Assembly: GCA_965248435.1 (NCBI GenBank)
Contig: OZ252100.1
Coordinates: forward strand, 2,272,001-2,336,000
Direction: 5' to 3'
Source of the DNA: Candidatus Latescibacterota bacterium
GTDB taxonomy: Bacteria > Latescibacterota > UBA2968 > GCA-2709665
Length of the DNA: 64,000 bases
In this document: piece by piece, positions 20,445 through 29,202 of the stretch
How the letters are laid out: every line of letters starts with the position of its first letter
Numbering within the stretch: the stretch's first letter is position 1
Program-made: the position numbers and the translations under genes
Notes under the pieces: model-generated
The model's database searches: none
Told to the model about the DNA's origin: nothing
The model's input: only the letters and a program-made list of their open reading frames with translations

Positions 20445-20966
20445 AGTCCTCCTTCGTCGGACTCGCTTCTAAACTAATCCGAAGCAACATTCTCAAAAGC
20501 TGGCTGGACATTTCCTTTCTGGTGCCGTTGCTTTTGCCTATGAACGTAGGCCACGATCCTTTGAAGGTCCCTTTTTCCGAACGTCAGTGCTGCATAGCCC
20601 CCTTGCCACCTAAAGACGGTTTCCAGATCGAGTTGGCTGTTACAGAAGTGAGATGTAGAGCCCTTCAGCTTTTGAACCACCTCAGATACCGATATGGTAG
20701 GGCCCAGTCTGATAACGATATGTAAATGGTCCTCCATCCCGTTCACCGCGAACAGTCGATATCCGTATTCCCAGCATTTGTGAACGACATATTTATAAAG
20801 CTTCTCCTGGAGCTGTCGAGCGATGAATGGGTGCCTTCTCCACGTCGACCAGACCAGGTGATAAAATAGTTCTGTGTGAGCCTTTGACATGAAGACAATG
20901 GGCCATTGAATAGTCCGGCTTGTCCGGACTTCTCGCTGTTCCAGCGTGGAAATTTATTTCCACGCG
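20408..20966 (-). mobile_element. IS200-like/RAYT-like element bounded by palindromes
   Basis: Palindromes at 20408-20433 and 20942-20966, each with an inner AGTCC..GGACT hairpin, flank a Y1 transposase gene. Confidence 0.8.
20474..20890 (-). CDS. tnpA: IS200/IS605-family Y1 (HUH) transposase
   Basis: Motifs YHLVWST, EDHLH (HUH), LKG and FRWQGGY...YV..Q..HQ. Confidence 0.92.
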   Translation of the reverse strand: MSKAHTELFYHLVWSTWRRHPFIARQLQEKLYKYVVHKCWEYGYRLFAVNGMEDHLHIVIRLGPTISVSEVVQKLKGSTSHFCNSQLDLETVFRWQGGYAALTFGKRDLQRIVAYVHRQKQRHQKGNVQPAFENVASD

Positions 20967-21069
20967 AACGGCGGTGCAAGAAAAAATACCACGGACACGT
21001 TTGCTGCCGGCGAGGGCCGCAGGCTGGATCACCTCAATGGGATCATCGTGCGAAAAGACCGGCAGCCCT

Positions 21070-21225
21070 CAGCGCGGGAATGAATTCCCGCGCTGCAGAT
21101 TCATGAAGTCCTCCTTCGTCGGACTCGCTTCTGTGTGAGCCTTTGACATTGAAACAATTGGATCTCGAGTAGTCCGGCTTGTCCGGACTACTCGCTGTTC
21201 CAGCGTGGAAATTTATTTCCACACT
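21070..21225. mobile_element. Non-autonomous internal-deletion derivative (MITE/REPIN-like) of the adjacent element
   Basis: Both palindromic ends are retained; the left end is fused at TTCT to the first about 17 nt of tnpA (GTGTGAGCCTTTGACAT). Confidence 0.85.
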
Positions 21226-21314
21226 AAAAGGGCAGTGCAAAACGAATGCCACAGGCAGCTGGGCTGCCCGTGGCATTTGCAATCTGTCGGAACCACCGAG
21301 TCCGTGACCGAAAT

Positions 21315-22208
21315 TCACACCCCCTTCACAGCCACGAGGTCCCCCATTTCCATTCCATTCAAGAGTTGAGCCTGAATCTCGTCCGTCGTCTGATTGATCG
21401 CCGTCGGCCCTTCGCCTCCCAGAAGCGGATCCACAACGGTGCGCAGTGGCCGCTTTCCCGCTGGGGTTTGAACCACGTTTAGAATCGCATCCGCGACCAG
21501 CTGCGCATCCGGGGCGTCGTCTCCCCCGAGGGCTTCGCTAAATCCACCCCACATCTGCTCAGGGATCTTCCCAAGCTCTCCGTAGCTGGCCACCCTCGCT
21601 TCGTCTGCCACCATCTCCATATTCGACAGAAACGAGGTCTTGAATCCTCCCGGCTCTACGATCACCACATCGATTCCAGCGCCGGAAAGCTCGTACCGGT
21701 AGCTCTCGGCCAGCCCCTCGAGGGCGAATTTTGACGCCGTGTAAGGTCCTGAAAACGGGATCACGATCCTGCCCATGATGCTGGAGACGTGGACCAGCAG
21801 GCCGGAGCCCTGTTCACGCATGCTCGGCAGCACGGCACGATTCAACCGTTGAATCTCAAAGACGTTCACCTCGAAGATCTTCTCGAACTGCGCCATCGTC
21901 GCAGCCTCGGTAAAGCCGCCGATTCCGTATCCGGCGTTGTTGACCACAACGTCGATGGAGTCGGCCAGTTCCAGCGCCTGCGCAACAGCCGATTCGGTCG
22001 AGGCGTCGTCTGTGACATCCAGTTCCAGCACGTGCAGCGCGCCCTTCTTTCCTTCCGCGAAGGTCTTGAGTTCCTCGGCGCGAGGCGCGTTCCTGCCTTC
22101 CGGCTCCCGCATCGTCGCGAAAACCGTATACCCCGCTTCGAGCAGACTCTGTGTCGTCAACTGCCCGAACCCGGTGCCGCTTCCTGTAACCAGTACAGCG
22201 TCGCTCAT
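21315..22208 (-). CDS. SDR family oxidoreductase
   Basis: Motifs TGSGTGFG, NNAG and YTASK; AGGAGG RBS. Confidence 0.93.
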   Translation of the reverse strand: MSDAVLVTGSGTGFGQLTTQSLLEAGYTVFATMREPEGRNAPRAEELKTFAEGKKGALHVLELDVTDDASTESAVAQALELADSIDVVVNNAGYGIGGFTEAATMAQFEKIFEVNVFEIQRLNRAVLPSMREQGSGLLVHVSSIMGRIVIPFSGPYTASKFALEGLAESYRYELSGAGIDVVIVEPGGFKTSFLSNMEMVADEARVASYGELGKIPEQMWGGFSEALGGDDAPDAQLVADAILNVVQTPAGKRPLRTVVDPLLGGEGPTAINQTTDEIQAQLLNGMEMGDLVAVKGV

Positions 22209-22236
22209 GATTCCTCCTGGTTTGATATTGGTTCCG

Positions 22237-23001
22237 TCAAATCTCTCTGAATAGCCAGCGTACGGCGTTCTGCTGGATCTTTTCGTATTCGGGATTCCAC
22301 AGTGCGGCGATGGTATGCCCCGGGGCCAGGTAGCAGACACGGCCCTGCCCGTAATCGTAAGCCCAGCCCGCTTCGCACGTCGTACCGAGATCCTTGTGGG
22401 TCAAGCCGTCCTCATTCACGCTCCGCATGAACAGGTGCTTCGGGTCTTTCTCATAGGTCATAAAATGCTGCTCGTCGGTAACGACGAAATCGCGGACACC
22501 CCGAGTGATCGGGTGGTCTTGGTTTGTGATTTCAACTTTATAGGGTCTGGTCGCAGTGTGACCCTGAGTCACGGCGCCCAGGACATCTCGAAACGCATCA
22601 TCCTCCGCCGCGGTGTAAGTCGTGTTGTGATACAACAGTGCCGATCCTCCGTTTGACACGAATGTCTTGACCGCCTCACCCTGTTCCGGGGTGATCCAGA
22701 CCACGCGCTTCGCTTCGCGCGCGGTCACCGGCGGTTCGCTGACGATCGAAACGGTTTCGCCGCCGCGCGAGTACGTCAACGCCTTCTCGCCGTAACCTTC
22801 CGGCCAGATAAAAGGGTCTCGAAAAATGATCAGCAGCGTGTAATCACTCAGCGTGTCCGCGTTGAGGAGTGTAACCTCTTCGGTGAAGTCGATGCTCAGG
22901 CCCAGGTCCTTCACCAGCGTCTTCTTCAGCCCTGTGCGAATGTAGTCGGAGTTGTGATACCGGTCTCCGATCAGCGCGAAAGCGGTGGCCTTTTTATTCA
23001 T
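22237..23001 (-). CDS. ThuA-like (class I glutamine amidotransferase-like) domain protein
   Basis: Motifs HPITRGV..F...DEQH and YGQGRVCYLAPGH. Confidence 0.85.
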   Translation of the reverse strand: MNKKATAFALIGDRYHNSDYIRTGLKKTLVKDLGLSIDFTEEVTLLNADTLSDYTLLIIFRDPFIWPEGYGEKALTYSRGGETVSIVSEPPVTAREAKRVVWITPEQGEAVKTFVSNGGSALLYHNTTYTAAEDDAFRDVLGAVTQGHTATRPYKVEITNQDHPITRGVRDFVVTDEQHFMTYEKDPKHLFMRSVNEDGLTHKDLGTTCEAGWAYDYGQGRVCYLAPGHTIAALWNPEYEKIQQNAVRWLFREI

Positions 23002-23027
23002 AGCTCGTCAAATGTCCGTTCGAAAAG

Positions 23028-23176
23028 GACCCCTCCCTCGGTCCTCCCCTAAAGGGGAGGGAAGGTAGCGGTCATCTATCATGAGGTATTCAACTTCCTG
23101 CTTCCTTAGAAAGCTCACTATGATCCTCACGGCTCCCCCCTTCCCTTCAGGGAAGGGGGGTCGGGGGGGTTAGGTC
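23028..23176. repeat. REPIN-like paired G/C-rich hairpin element
   Basis: CCTCCCCT-AA-AGGGGAGG and CCCCCCTTCCC-TTCA-GGGAAGGGGGG in inverted arrangement. Confidence 0.65.
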
Positions 23177-23192
23177 CGATCCCGGAACAACA

Positions 23193-24212
23193 TTAAACCA
23201 CGCCTACTTCTTCAGCGGCTCGCCGCTGCATCGCCTTCATATAGGCTATCGAATAGGCGGTCCCGACGCGCGGGTCCCCGGCCATCAGGGGGATGTGGTC
23301 CGGGATCAGCACGCCTTTGAATCCCATCTCCGTCAGCGCCTTCACGGCCTTGTACATGTCGTAATACCCGTCGTCGATAAACGCCTCGGTGAAATGCGGC
23401 AGGGGTTGGTTCACCGTGCGGAAATGGACCTCGAAGATCTTCCCCTGCGCACCGAAATATTTTACTGTCTCTATGACGTCTTTCCCCATCCTCTCGCCAC
23501 CCTCGAGCCAGCACCCCGTGCAAAGGCACATCCCGATGTTCGGGCTGTCCGCGACTTCCAGCGCCCGCTTAAACCCATCAAAGCTGCTGAAGATATTCCG
23601 CGGAATTCCGCCCAGCTCGATCCCCGGCGGATCGTCAGGGTGAATCCCGACCATCACGCCCGCATCTTCCGCCGCAGGCCTGATCTGTTTGACGAAATAC
23701 TCATAATTGTCCCAGAGCTCTGCTTCGGAATACGTCCGGCCGTGTGACAAGCCCTCCTGCTTGGGCTTCCCGTCCAGGCCGATCGCCTCCCCCAGCCTCG
23801 TCTCGTCGAACGCCCGGGCCGGCGCACCGCCGCGTGTCTGCTCATTCGGCGTGCACCAGACCCCGTTCGCCACGTGCGAATGGGTCGTATAAGGAATTCC
23901 CGCCCTGCCCAGCTCCCCCAGATTTCGCTTGTAGTCCTCGATCCGCTCATCCCGGTTCGGGAGGTTCAGAATGATCGCGTCCATATCACTCACACCGTGG
24001 CTGGCGCCATAGATCTGGATGCCTGCCGCCTCGAACACCTCCCGCCTGCCCATGTAGTAGTCGTAGGTCGCCTCCTTTACGCCGCCCCACAGTACGGTGT
24101 ATTTCACACCCATCTGCTGCGCAAACTGCAGTTCCGCCTCGGTCGGCTCGGGCGGCATCTGTACTGCGACCTTGACTCCCGGCTCAAGGGCGATGTGGCT
24201 CTTCGGGGCCAT
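23193..24212 (-). CDS. Mannonate dehydratase (UxuA)-like protein
   Basis: Motifs LWDNYEYF, IHPDDPP, VHFR and LIPDH; AAGGAGG RBS. Confidence 0.85.
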   Translation of the reverse strand: MAPKSHIALEPGVKVAVQMPPEPTEAELQFAQQMGVKYTVLWGGVKEATYDYYMGRREVFEAAGIQIYGASHGVSDMDAIILNLPNRDERIEDYKRNLGELGRAGIPYTTHSHVANGVWCTPNEQTRGGAPARAFDETRLGEAIGLDGKPKQEGLSHGRTYSEAELWDNYEYFVKQIRPAAEDAGVMVGIHPDDPPGIELGGIPRNIFSSFDGFKRALEVADSPNIGMCLCTGCWLEGGERMGKDVIETVKYFGAQGKIFEVHFRTVNQPLPHFTEAFIDDGYYDMYKAVKALTEMGFKGVLIPDHIPLMAGDPRVGTAYSIAYMKAMQRRAAEEVGVV

Positions 24213-24391
24213 GGGCTCCTCCTTGTTACCTTCATCCGAATAATTCCACTCAAAGTAGCATCTCCAACCCTGATGATCAACAGGAAAGGGCTGCGTCTGG
24301 CGAAGCGCATCCTTGACTTGTGCCATTTTTGCACGCATCATACACACCCGCCCGCGCCCAACATCACCAAGGAGTTAGAGGAGAATCTGCC

Positions 24392-24631
24392 ATGAAAGCC
24401 TTTGACGATCTGGCCCACCTGAGTGATGAAGAGATGCAGAACTGGCTGTGCAAGGTCGACACAAAGGATCTGGCGATCGCCCTGAAGCAGGCCAGTGATG
24501 ATGTAAAGAGAAAGATCTTTGAAAACGTCTCTGAGCGGGTCCGCGGATTCATCGAGCAAGGAATGGAGGACTCCGGAAATGTGCCGGAAAATGAAATAGA
24601 GGAAGTCCAGAATCGAATCCTACAGCTGTAG
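24392..24631 (+). CDS. Stand-alone FliG C-terminal domain protein
   Basis: FDDLAHLSD...DLAIALK...KIFENVSER...EIEEVQNRI matches the FliG_C pattern; GAGGAG RBS. Confidence 0.75.
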   Translation: MKAFDDLAHLSDEEMQNWLCKVDTKDLAIALKQASDDVKRKIFENVSERVRGFIEQGMEDSGNVPENEIEEVQNRILQL

Positions 24632-24818
24632 GGTCGACTTCCCGCTCTGAGGAAGACACAGAGCCTCATAGGGTAGATCGAATGACGAATATCGAACCGC
24701 AGAATGTCGAATGATGAAGGAAGGTGACTTCCTATCGAACGAAGGCCCCCGGAGAATGCCGCCGAGCCTTGCTGGGCGAGCCGCTTCGTAATTGTGTGAA
24801 TGGACTACAAAGCGAGTA

Positions 24819-25002
24819 GGCCCTCACCCCCTCTCCCGCACGCAGGAGAGGGAAGCAGGCCAATCAGAACGTATTTCCCTCTCTCATTTATGGGAGAGGC
24901 CTGCCCCGGACTTGCCTGCCCCGGACCTTGATCCGGGGATCCGGGGGATGCCGAGCCCTTCGGCAGGCTCAGGGTAAACTCCGCGAGGCAGGGTGAGGGC
25001 CT
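24819..25002. repeat. REPIN-like element containing nested short palindromic insertions
   Basis: Ends GGCCCTCACC...GGTGAGGGCC; contains a CCTGCCCCGGACTTGATCCGGGG unit inserted into a copy of itself. Confidence 0.65.
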
Positions 25003-25092
25003 TTAAGCGACTCAACTCACCCTGTAATCAGGGATTCAGAAAGTAATCAGTTGGGAGGAAGAGGATAAGACGGGTCGGATAAAGGAAGGATA

Positions 25093-26163
25093 TTATCCGG
25101 GGACGGTATCCGGGCGTTCCGTTTGAATCTCATCAAACCATGCCCGAAATACCGCTTCATAGGGAGCACTCGCGACGCCCTTTTCCGTGATAATCGACGT
25201 CACGAACTCGCTTGGCGTCACATCGAACGCCGGATTGTAGACCTTCACGCCCTCCGGCACGGTCAATCGGCCAAGTCCCCTCGTAATCTCCTCCGGTTTG
25301 CGCTCCTCGATCGGGATCTCCTCGCCGTCAGGAAGCGACATATCGATCGTAGAGAGCGGGGCCGCGACGTAGAACGGGACGTCGTGCTCCCGGGCCAGGA
25401 TGGACAGGCCATAGGTCCCGATCTTGTTCGCGACGTCCCCGTTCGCAGCGATCCGGTCCGCGCCCACGATGATCGCGTCGATGCGCCTCTGCCGAAGCAC
25501 CGTGCCAGCCATATTGTCACAAATTACGGTCACATCCACCCCGTTCTGCTGTAGCTCCCAGGCAGTCAACCGCGACCCCTGAAGCAGCGGCCGGGTCTCG
25601 TCGGCGAACACGGCGACCTGCTTGCCGCCTTCCAGCGCAGCGTAGATCACGGCGAGCGCCGTGCCGTAGTCTGCTGTGGCCAGGCCGCCTGCATTGCAGT
25701 GTGTCAAAACGGTTGCCTTATCCCCGAGGAGCTGCGCGCCGTTCCGGCCGATTTCGCGGCACACCTTCCGGTCCTCCCCGTAGATCTGTTGGGCTTCATT
25801 CAGAAGACAATCCCTGATCTCTTCTGCGGTGGATTCAAGACATCCCTCCAGAACCCTCTCCATTCGGCTGAGCGCCCAGAACAGATTGACCGCGGTCGGA
25901 CGCGTTTCGGAGAGCCGCTTGATCCCCGCCCGGATTTGCCCGGCCGGCTCACCCCCCCCGGCAATCGCCTCCTGCGCCGCAATCACGACGCCGTAGGCCG
26001 CTGCAACACCGATCGCGGGTGCTCCGCGTACTCTGAGGCTTTCGATCGCTTCAGCGACCGTCTCCACGTCTTTACATTCGATGTAGACTTCATCCTCGGG
26101 GAGCTTCGTCTGATCGATAAGACGCAAAGCGCCTTCATTCCAGACGAGCGTCGCAACAGGCAT
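25093..26163 (-). CDS. mtnA: S-methyl-5-thioribose-1-phosphate isomerase
   Basis: Motifs DQTKLP, VRGAPAIG, RPTAVNL, THCNAG, DETRP, ANKIGTY and NPAFDVTP. Confidence 0.96.
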   Translation of the reverse strand: MPVATLVWNEGALRLIDQTKLPEDEVYIECKDVETVAEAIESLRVRGAPAIGVAAAYGVVIAAQEAIAGGGEPAGQIRAGIKRLSETRPTAVNLFWALSRMERVLEGCLESTAEEIRDCLLNEAQQIYGEDRKVCREIGRNGAQLLGDKATVLTHCNAGGLATADYGTALAVIYAALEGGKQVAVFADETRPLLQGSRLTAWELQQNGVDVTVICDNMAGTVLRQRRIDAIIVGADRIAANGDVANKIGTYGLSILAREHDVPFYVAAPLSTIDMSLPDGEEIPIEERKPEEITRGLGRLTVPEGVKVYNPAFDVTPSEFVTSIITEKGVASAPYEAVFRAWFDEIQTERPDTVPG

Positions 26164-26185
26164 GAGGAGTCCTTTATACGGAAGG

Positions 26186-26587
26186 TTAAGGCTGCTCTGT
26201 CTGGAGAAGGGAGGCGTCCTCCTCGATCCTTTCGATAGGCACATCGCCCCAAAGGCGCTCGAGTCTGTAGAACGCCCGGGAGCTGGACTGGAAGATATGT
26301 ACCACTACATCGACAAAGTCGAAAAGCACCCACTTTCGGGTCTCGATCCCCTCGGTTTGCCAGGGTCGGTAACCGGCCTCCTTCATTCCCTCTATCAATC
26401 CGTCCGCGAGCGCCTTGACGTGCGTGTCCGAGTTCCCCGTGCAGATCAGGAAGAAATCTGTAAAGTCCGCGGCCCCCGTCAGGTTGAGGACCAGGATGTC
26501 CTCTCCCTTCTTGGCCTGGAGGTGCTCGATGCAGCGATCCAGGACCCCCCTGCTCGAGTCTTTAGATTTTGTTTTGGGTTGCTTCAT
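26186..26587 (-). CDS. rsfS: Ribosome silencing factor
   Basis: Motifs KKGEDI, DFFLICTG, WVLFDFVDVVVHIF and FYRLERLW. Confidence 0.95.
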   Translation of the reverse strand: MKQPKTKSKDSSRGVLDRCIEHLQAKKGEDILVLNLTGAADFTDFFLICTGNSDTHVKALADGLIEGMKEAGYRPWQTEGIETRKWVLFDFVDVVVHIFQSSSRAFYRLERLWGDVPIERIEEDASLLQTEQP

Positions 26588-27000
26588 TGGGATTGAGGCA
26601 GCGTCAGTCGTTTGTAGTCTCTGCCGACGATGACGGTAACCTGCTCGATTCTGAAAGGGTCGGGAATAATCTGCTGGATCTGATTCCGTGTCCCGAGAGC
26701 TTCTGCTACCCGTCTCGCGTATTCCGGATTCCCCACTCGATCGATTACAAGGGTCTCGGGATAGTTGAAACTTTCGGCGTTGTCCACAGTCATCACGTCA
26801 AATCCGATCGCGCGGAGGTATCTGCCCACCTGGCGTGCCACACCATCCGTTCCGCACCCATTCCGCACCTCCACGTGAATCTCCTTGCCTCCTCGCGGTT
26901 CGGGTGGAGACGGGGTGGTCTCTCGGTGCAGCCGGAATGAATATCCGAAAAAAAACGCCGCTGCGATAAGTGGACCAAATATCCAGATTCGGCGAATCAT
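26584..27000 (-). CDS. LytR C-terminal domain protein
   Basis: N-terminal TM; motifs VEVRNGCGTDGVA and VTVIVGRDY. Confidence 0.9.
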   Translation of the reverse strand: MIRRIWIFGPLIAAAFFFGYSFRLHRETTPSPPEPRGGKEIHVEVRNGCGTDGVARQVGRYLRAIGFDVMTVDNAESFNYPETLVIDRVGNPEYARRVAEALGTRNQIQQIIPDPFRIEQVTVIVGRDYKRLTLPQSQ

Positions 27001-27018
27001 TGTTCAGACACAAAGCAG

Positions 27019-27060
27019 AGCGGGACATCGCACGGAATTCCACCGCGAAGATGTCCCGCT
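27019..27060. other. Intergenic stem-loop
   Basis: 11-bp inverted repeat AGCGGGACATC...GATGTCCCGCT. Confidence 0.5.
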
Positions 27061-27121
27061 AGAAGTGACAACCCGGCCGCGAACTTGCTCGCAATCCTGT
27101 TCGCCCTCCCAACTCCTCCAG

Positions 27122-27619
27122 TTAGTATCTCATGCCCCAGTAGCCGTAGCTGGGGACATTGCTGAAATGGAGCTCGATCAAAATATTGGATTTGGGCTGA
27201 TACAAGATGCCCACGTGGGGCACAATGATTTTCGTCTGCTCAGCACGACTCGATCCGAAGGCAGGCTTCCCCCCATACAACTGGTTCTGAACCCCGACCT
27301 GCGCCTGTATGGTCAGGGGCTTGGCCGCCTTGTAAGTCATCGTGTTCAGATAATACTGATTCATTCCGCTCCGCGCGCCCGACTGGAAGGAGACGCCCAC
27401 CGTATGGCGAATCTTGAACCGATTCGGATCCAGGAACCCCTTGAACCCTGCAACCGGATCCAGCTGGAGCGAGCCAACCCCCTGTGTCATCATCGAGGCA
27501 GACTCCGACAGCGGCTCCGTCTGAATACCCACTTTCGCCTCTGCCAGGGAGGCGGAAAGGACCAAATTAAGCAGAAAAACCAGGATCATTTTGGGCACGA
27601 TGCGATCACCTCTTTCCAT
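27122..27619 (-). CDS. Hypothetical exported, beta-strand-rich protein
   Basis: Signal peptide (MILVFLLNLVLSASLAEA) followed by amphipathic strands; start codon uncertain. Confidence 0.7.
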   Translation of the reverse strand: MERGDRIVPKMILVFLLNLVLSASLAEAKVGIQTEPLSESASMMTQGVGSLQLDPVAGFKGFLDPNRFKIRHTVGVSFQSGARSGMNQYYLNTMTYKAAKPLTIQAQVGVQNQLYGGKPAFGSSRAEQTKIIVPHVGILYQPKSNILIELHFSNVPSYGYWGMRY

Positions 27620-27920
27620 TGTATGACGATAAAACGTACCACAATTTCACAGGAATGTCAAGCAACGCCACAGAGCCACTCAACCGGCTCCTTCTCTTAA
27701 AAGACGCCCGGCAAGTGCCTGTGTTCCCACTATCTTAGAGGATTTAATTCACCGATCTTACGATTACGATCCACGATCTCAGGAGTTTTGAAAGCCGTCC
27801 CAGGACAGGCAAAACCCAAATCGTCGCTCAGCATTCGGCTTTCAAAACTCCGCTGCTCAGACTTCGGCCGACTTCCTTTTTGTGCGCTGAATTTGAATCC
27901 ACGAACGACGATCCACGGCT

Positions 27921-29042
27921 TCATCCTCGCTTCATCAGCTCAATGAATTCATCAAAAAGGTAGGCAGCATCGTGAGGGCCAGCCGAAGCTTCGGGGTGAT
28001 ACTGTACGCCGAGCACGGGAAGTTCCTTGTGACGCAGGCCTTCGACCGTGTCGTCGTTCAAATTGATGTGCGTCAGTTCGACGACATCCTCGTCGATCGA
28101 ACCCAGATCGAGCGCAAACCCGTGATTCTGGGTGGTGATCTCCACCTTTCCGGTGGATAGTCGCTTCACGGGCTGGTTCGCGCCGCGGTGTCCGAATTTC
28201 ATCTTGTAAATCTGGCCTCCGAGTGCAAGGCCCAGGAACTCGTGCCCCAGGCAGATCCCGAACGTCGGCCGTTCCTGAAGTAGTTTCCTCGTGTTTTCAA
28301 TCGCATACGTCACCGGGTCCGGGTCCCCCGGGCCATTCGAAAGAAAGACGCCATCCGGATCGATCTCCAGCAGCTGTTCCGGGGGCGCATCCGCTGGAAA
28401 GACAGTAACGTCGCATCCCCGCTCCACCAGGTGTCTTAGGATGTTCTGTTTAATGCCGAAATCGTAAGCGGCCACCTTGAACCTGGCCCTGCTCTGGATT
28501 CGGCTCGCCTCGTCCTTCAGAACATCGTAGAGCCCTTCGGTCCAGTGATAGGGTTCCCGGCAGGTCACCTCGCTGACGAGGTCCTTCCCGACAAGGCCGG
28601 GAGAGGCCTTTGCCTTCGCGATCAAACTCTCAGGATCCAGGTCTTCCGTAGAAAGCACACTCTTCATCGCGCCCTGGTTTCGAATGTGACGGGTCAGGGC
28701 TCGGGTATCGATCCCCTGAATGCCCGGAATGCCGTGGCGAGCAAGATAGTCTCCAAGTGATTCACAAGACCGCCAGTTGCTCGGCACCGGGCAATGCTCC
28801 TTCATCACGAATCCTTCCACCTGAGGGCCATGCGATTCCACATCCGCCGTGTTCACGCCGTAATTTCCGATCAGTGGGTAGGTCATCGTCACGATCTGTC
28901 CCTTGTAAGACGGATCCGTGAGGATCTCCTGATAGCCCGTCATGCTCGTGTTGAACACGACCTCTCCATAACATTCACCCGGCGCGCCGACCGAACTGCC
29001 TTCATAAATCGTCCCGTCTTCCAGGGCCAGCATCGCTTTCAT
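27921..29042 (-). CDS. carA: Carbamoyl-phosphate synthase small subunit
   Basis: Motifs GEVVFNTSMTGYQE, SNGPGDP, GICLGH and QYHPEAS. Confidence 0.97.
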   Translation of the reverse strand: MKAMLALEDGTIYEGSSVGAPGECYGEVVFNTSMTGYQEILTDPSYKGQIVTMTYPLIGNYGVNTADVESHGPQVEGFVMKEHCPVPSNWRSCESLGDYLARHGIPGIQGIDTRALTRHIRNQGAMKSVLSTEDLDPESLIAKAKASPGLVGKDLVSEVTCREPYHWTEGLYDVLKDEASRIQSRARFKVAAYDFGIKQNILRHLVERGCDVTVFPADAPPEQLLEIDPDGVFLSNGPGDPDPVTYAIENTRKLLQERPTFGICLGHEFLGLALGGQIYKMKFGHRGANQPVKRLSTGKVEITTQNHGFALDLGSIDEDVVELTHINLNDDTVEGLRHKELPVLGVQYHPEASAGPHDAAYLFDEFIELMKRG

Positions 29043-29104
29043 CGCGGAACGCCTTTCAATCCAAAATAAGCAATCGGTTGCAGACCTGGTTTATCTTTCC
29101 GGTC

Positions 29105-29190
29105 GAGCACAAGGTTCGCCCCGCCCCACTATTGTTTCTAGCCCGGTACCCGTGTTTGTCTTCCCGGTACCCGGTACTAAACCCCCTCGG
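29105..29190. repeat. Dispersed repeat, CCCGGTACCCGTGTTT family (copy 1)
   Basis: Related copies at about 39491, 44583 and 46019; degenerate copy at about 56615-56665. Confidence 0.6.
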
Positions 29191-29202
29191 CTTGTCTCGA
29201 TG

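Noticed and set aside
20408-21225. Repeated 26-bp palindromes as a possible CRISPR array
   Set aside because: Spacing is irregular, there are no cas genes, and the repeats are explained as Y1 transposon ends.
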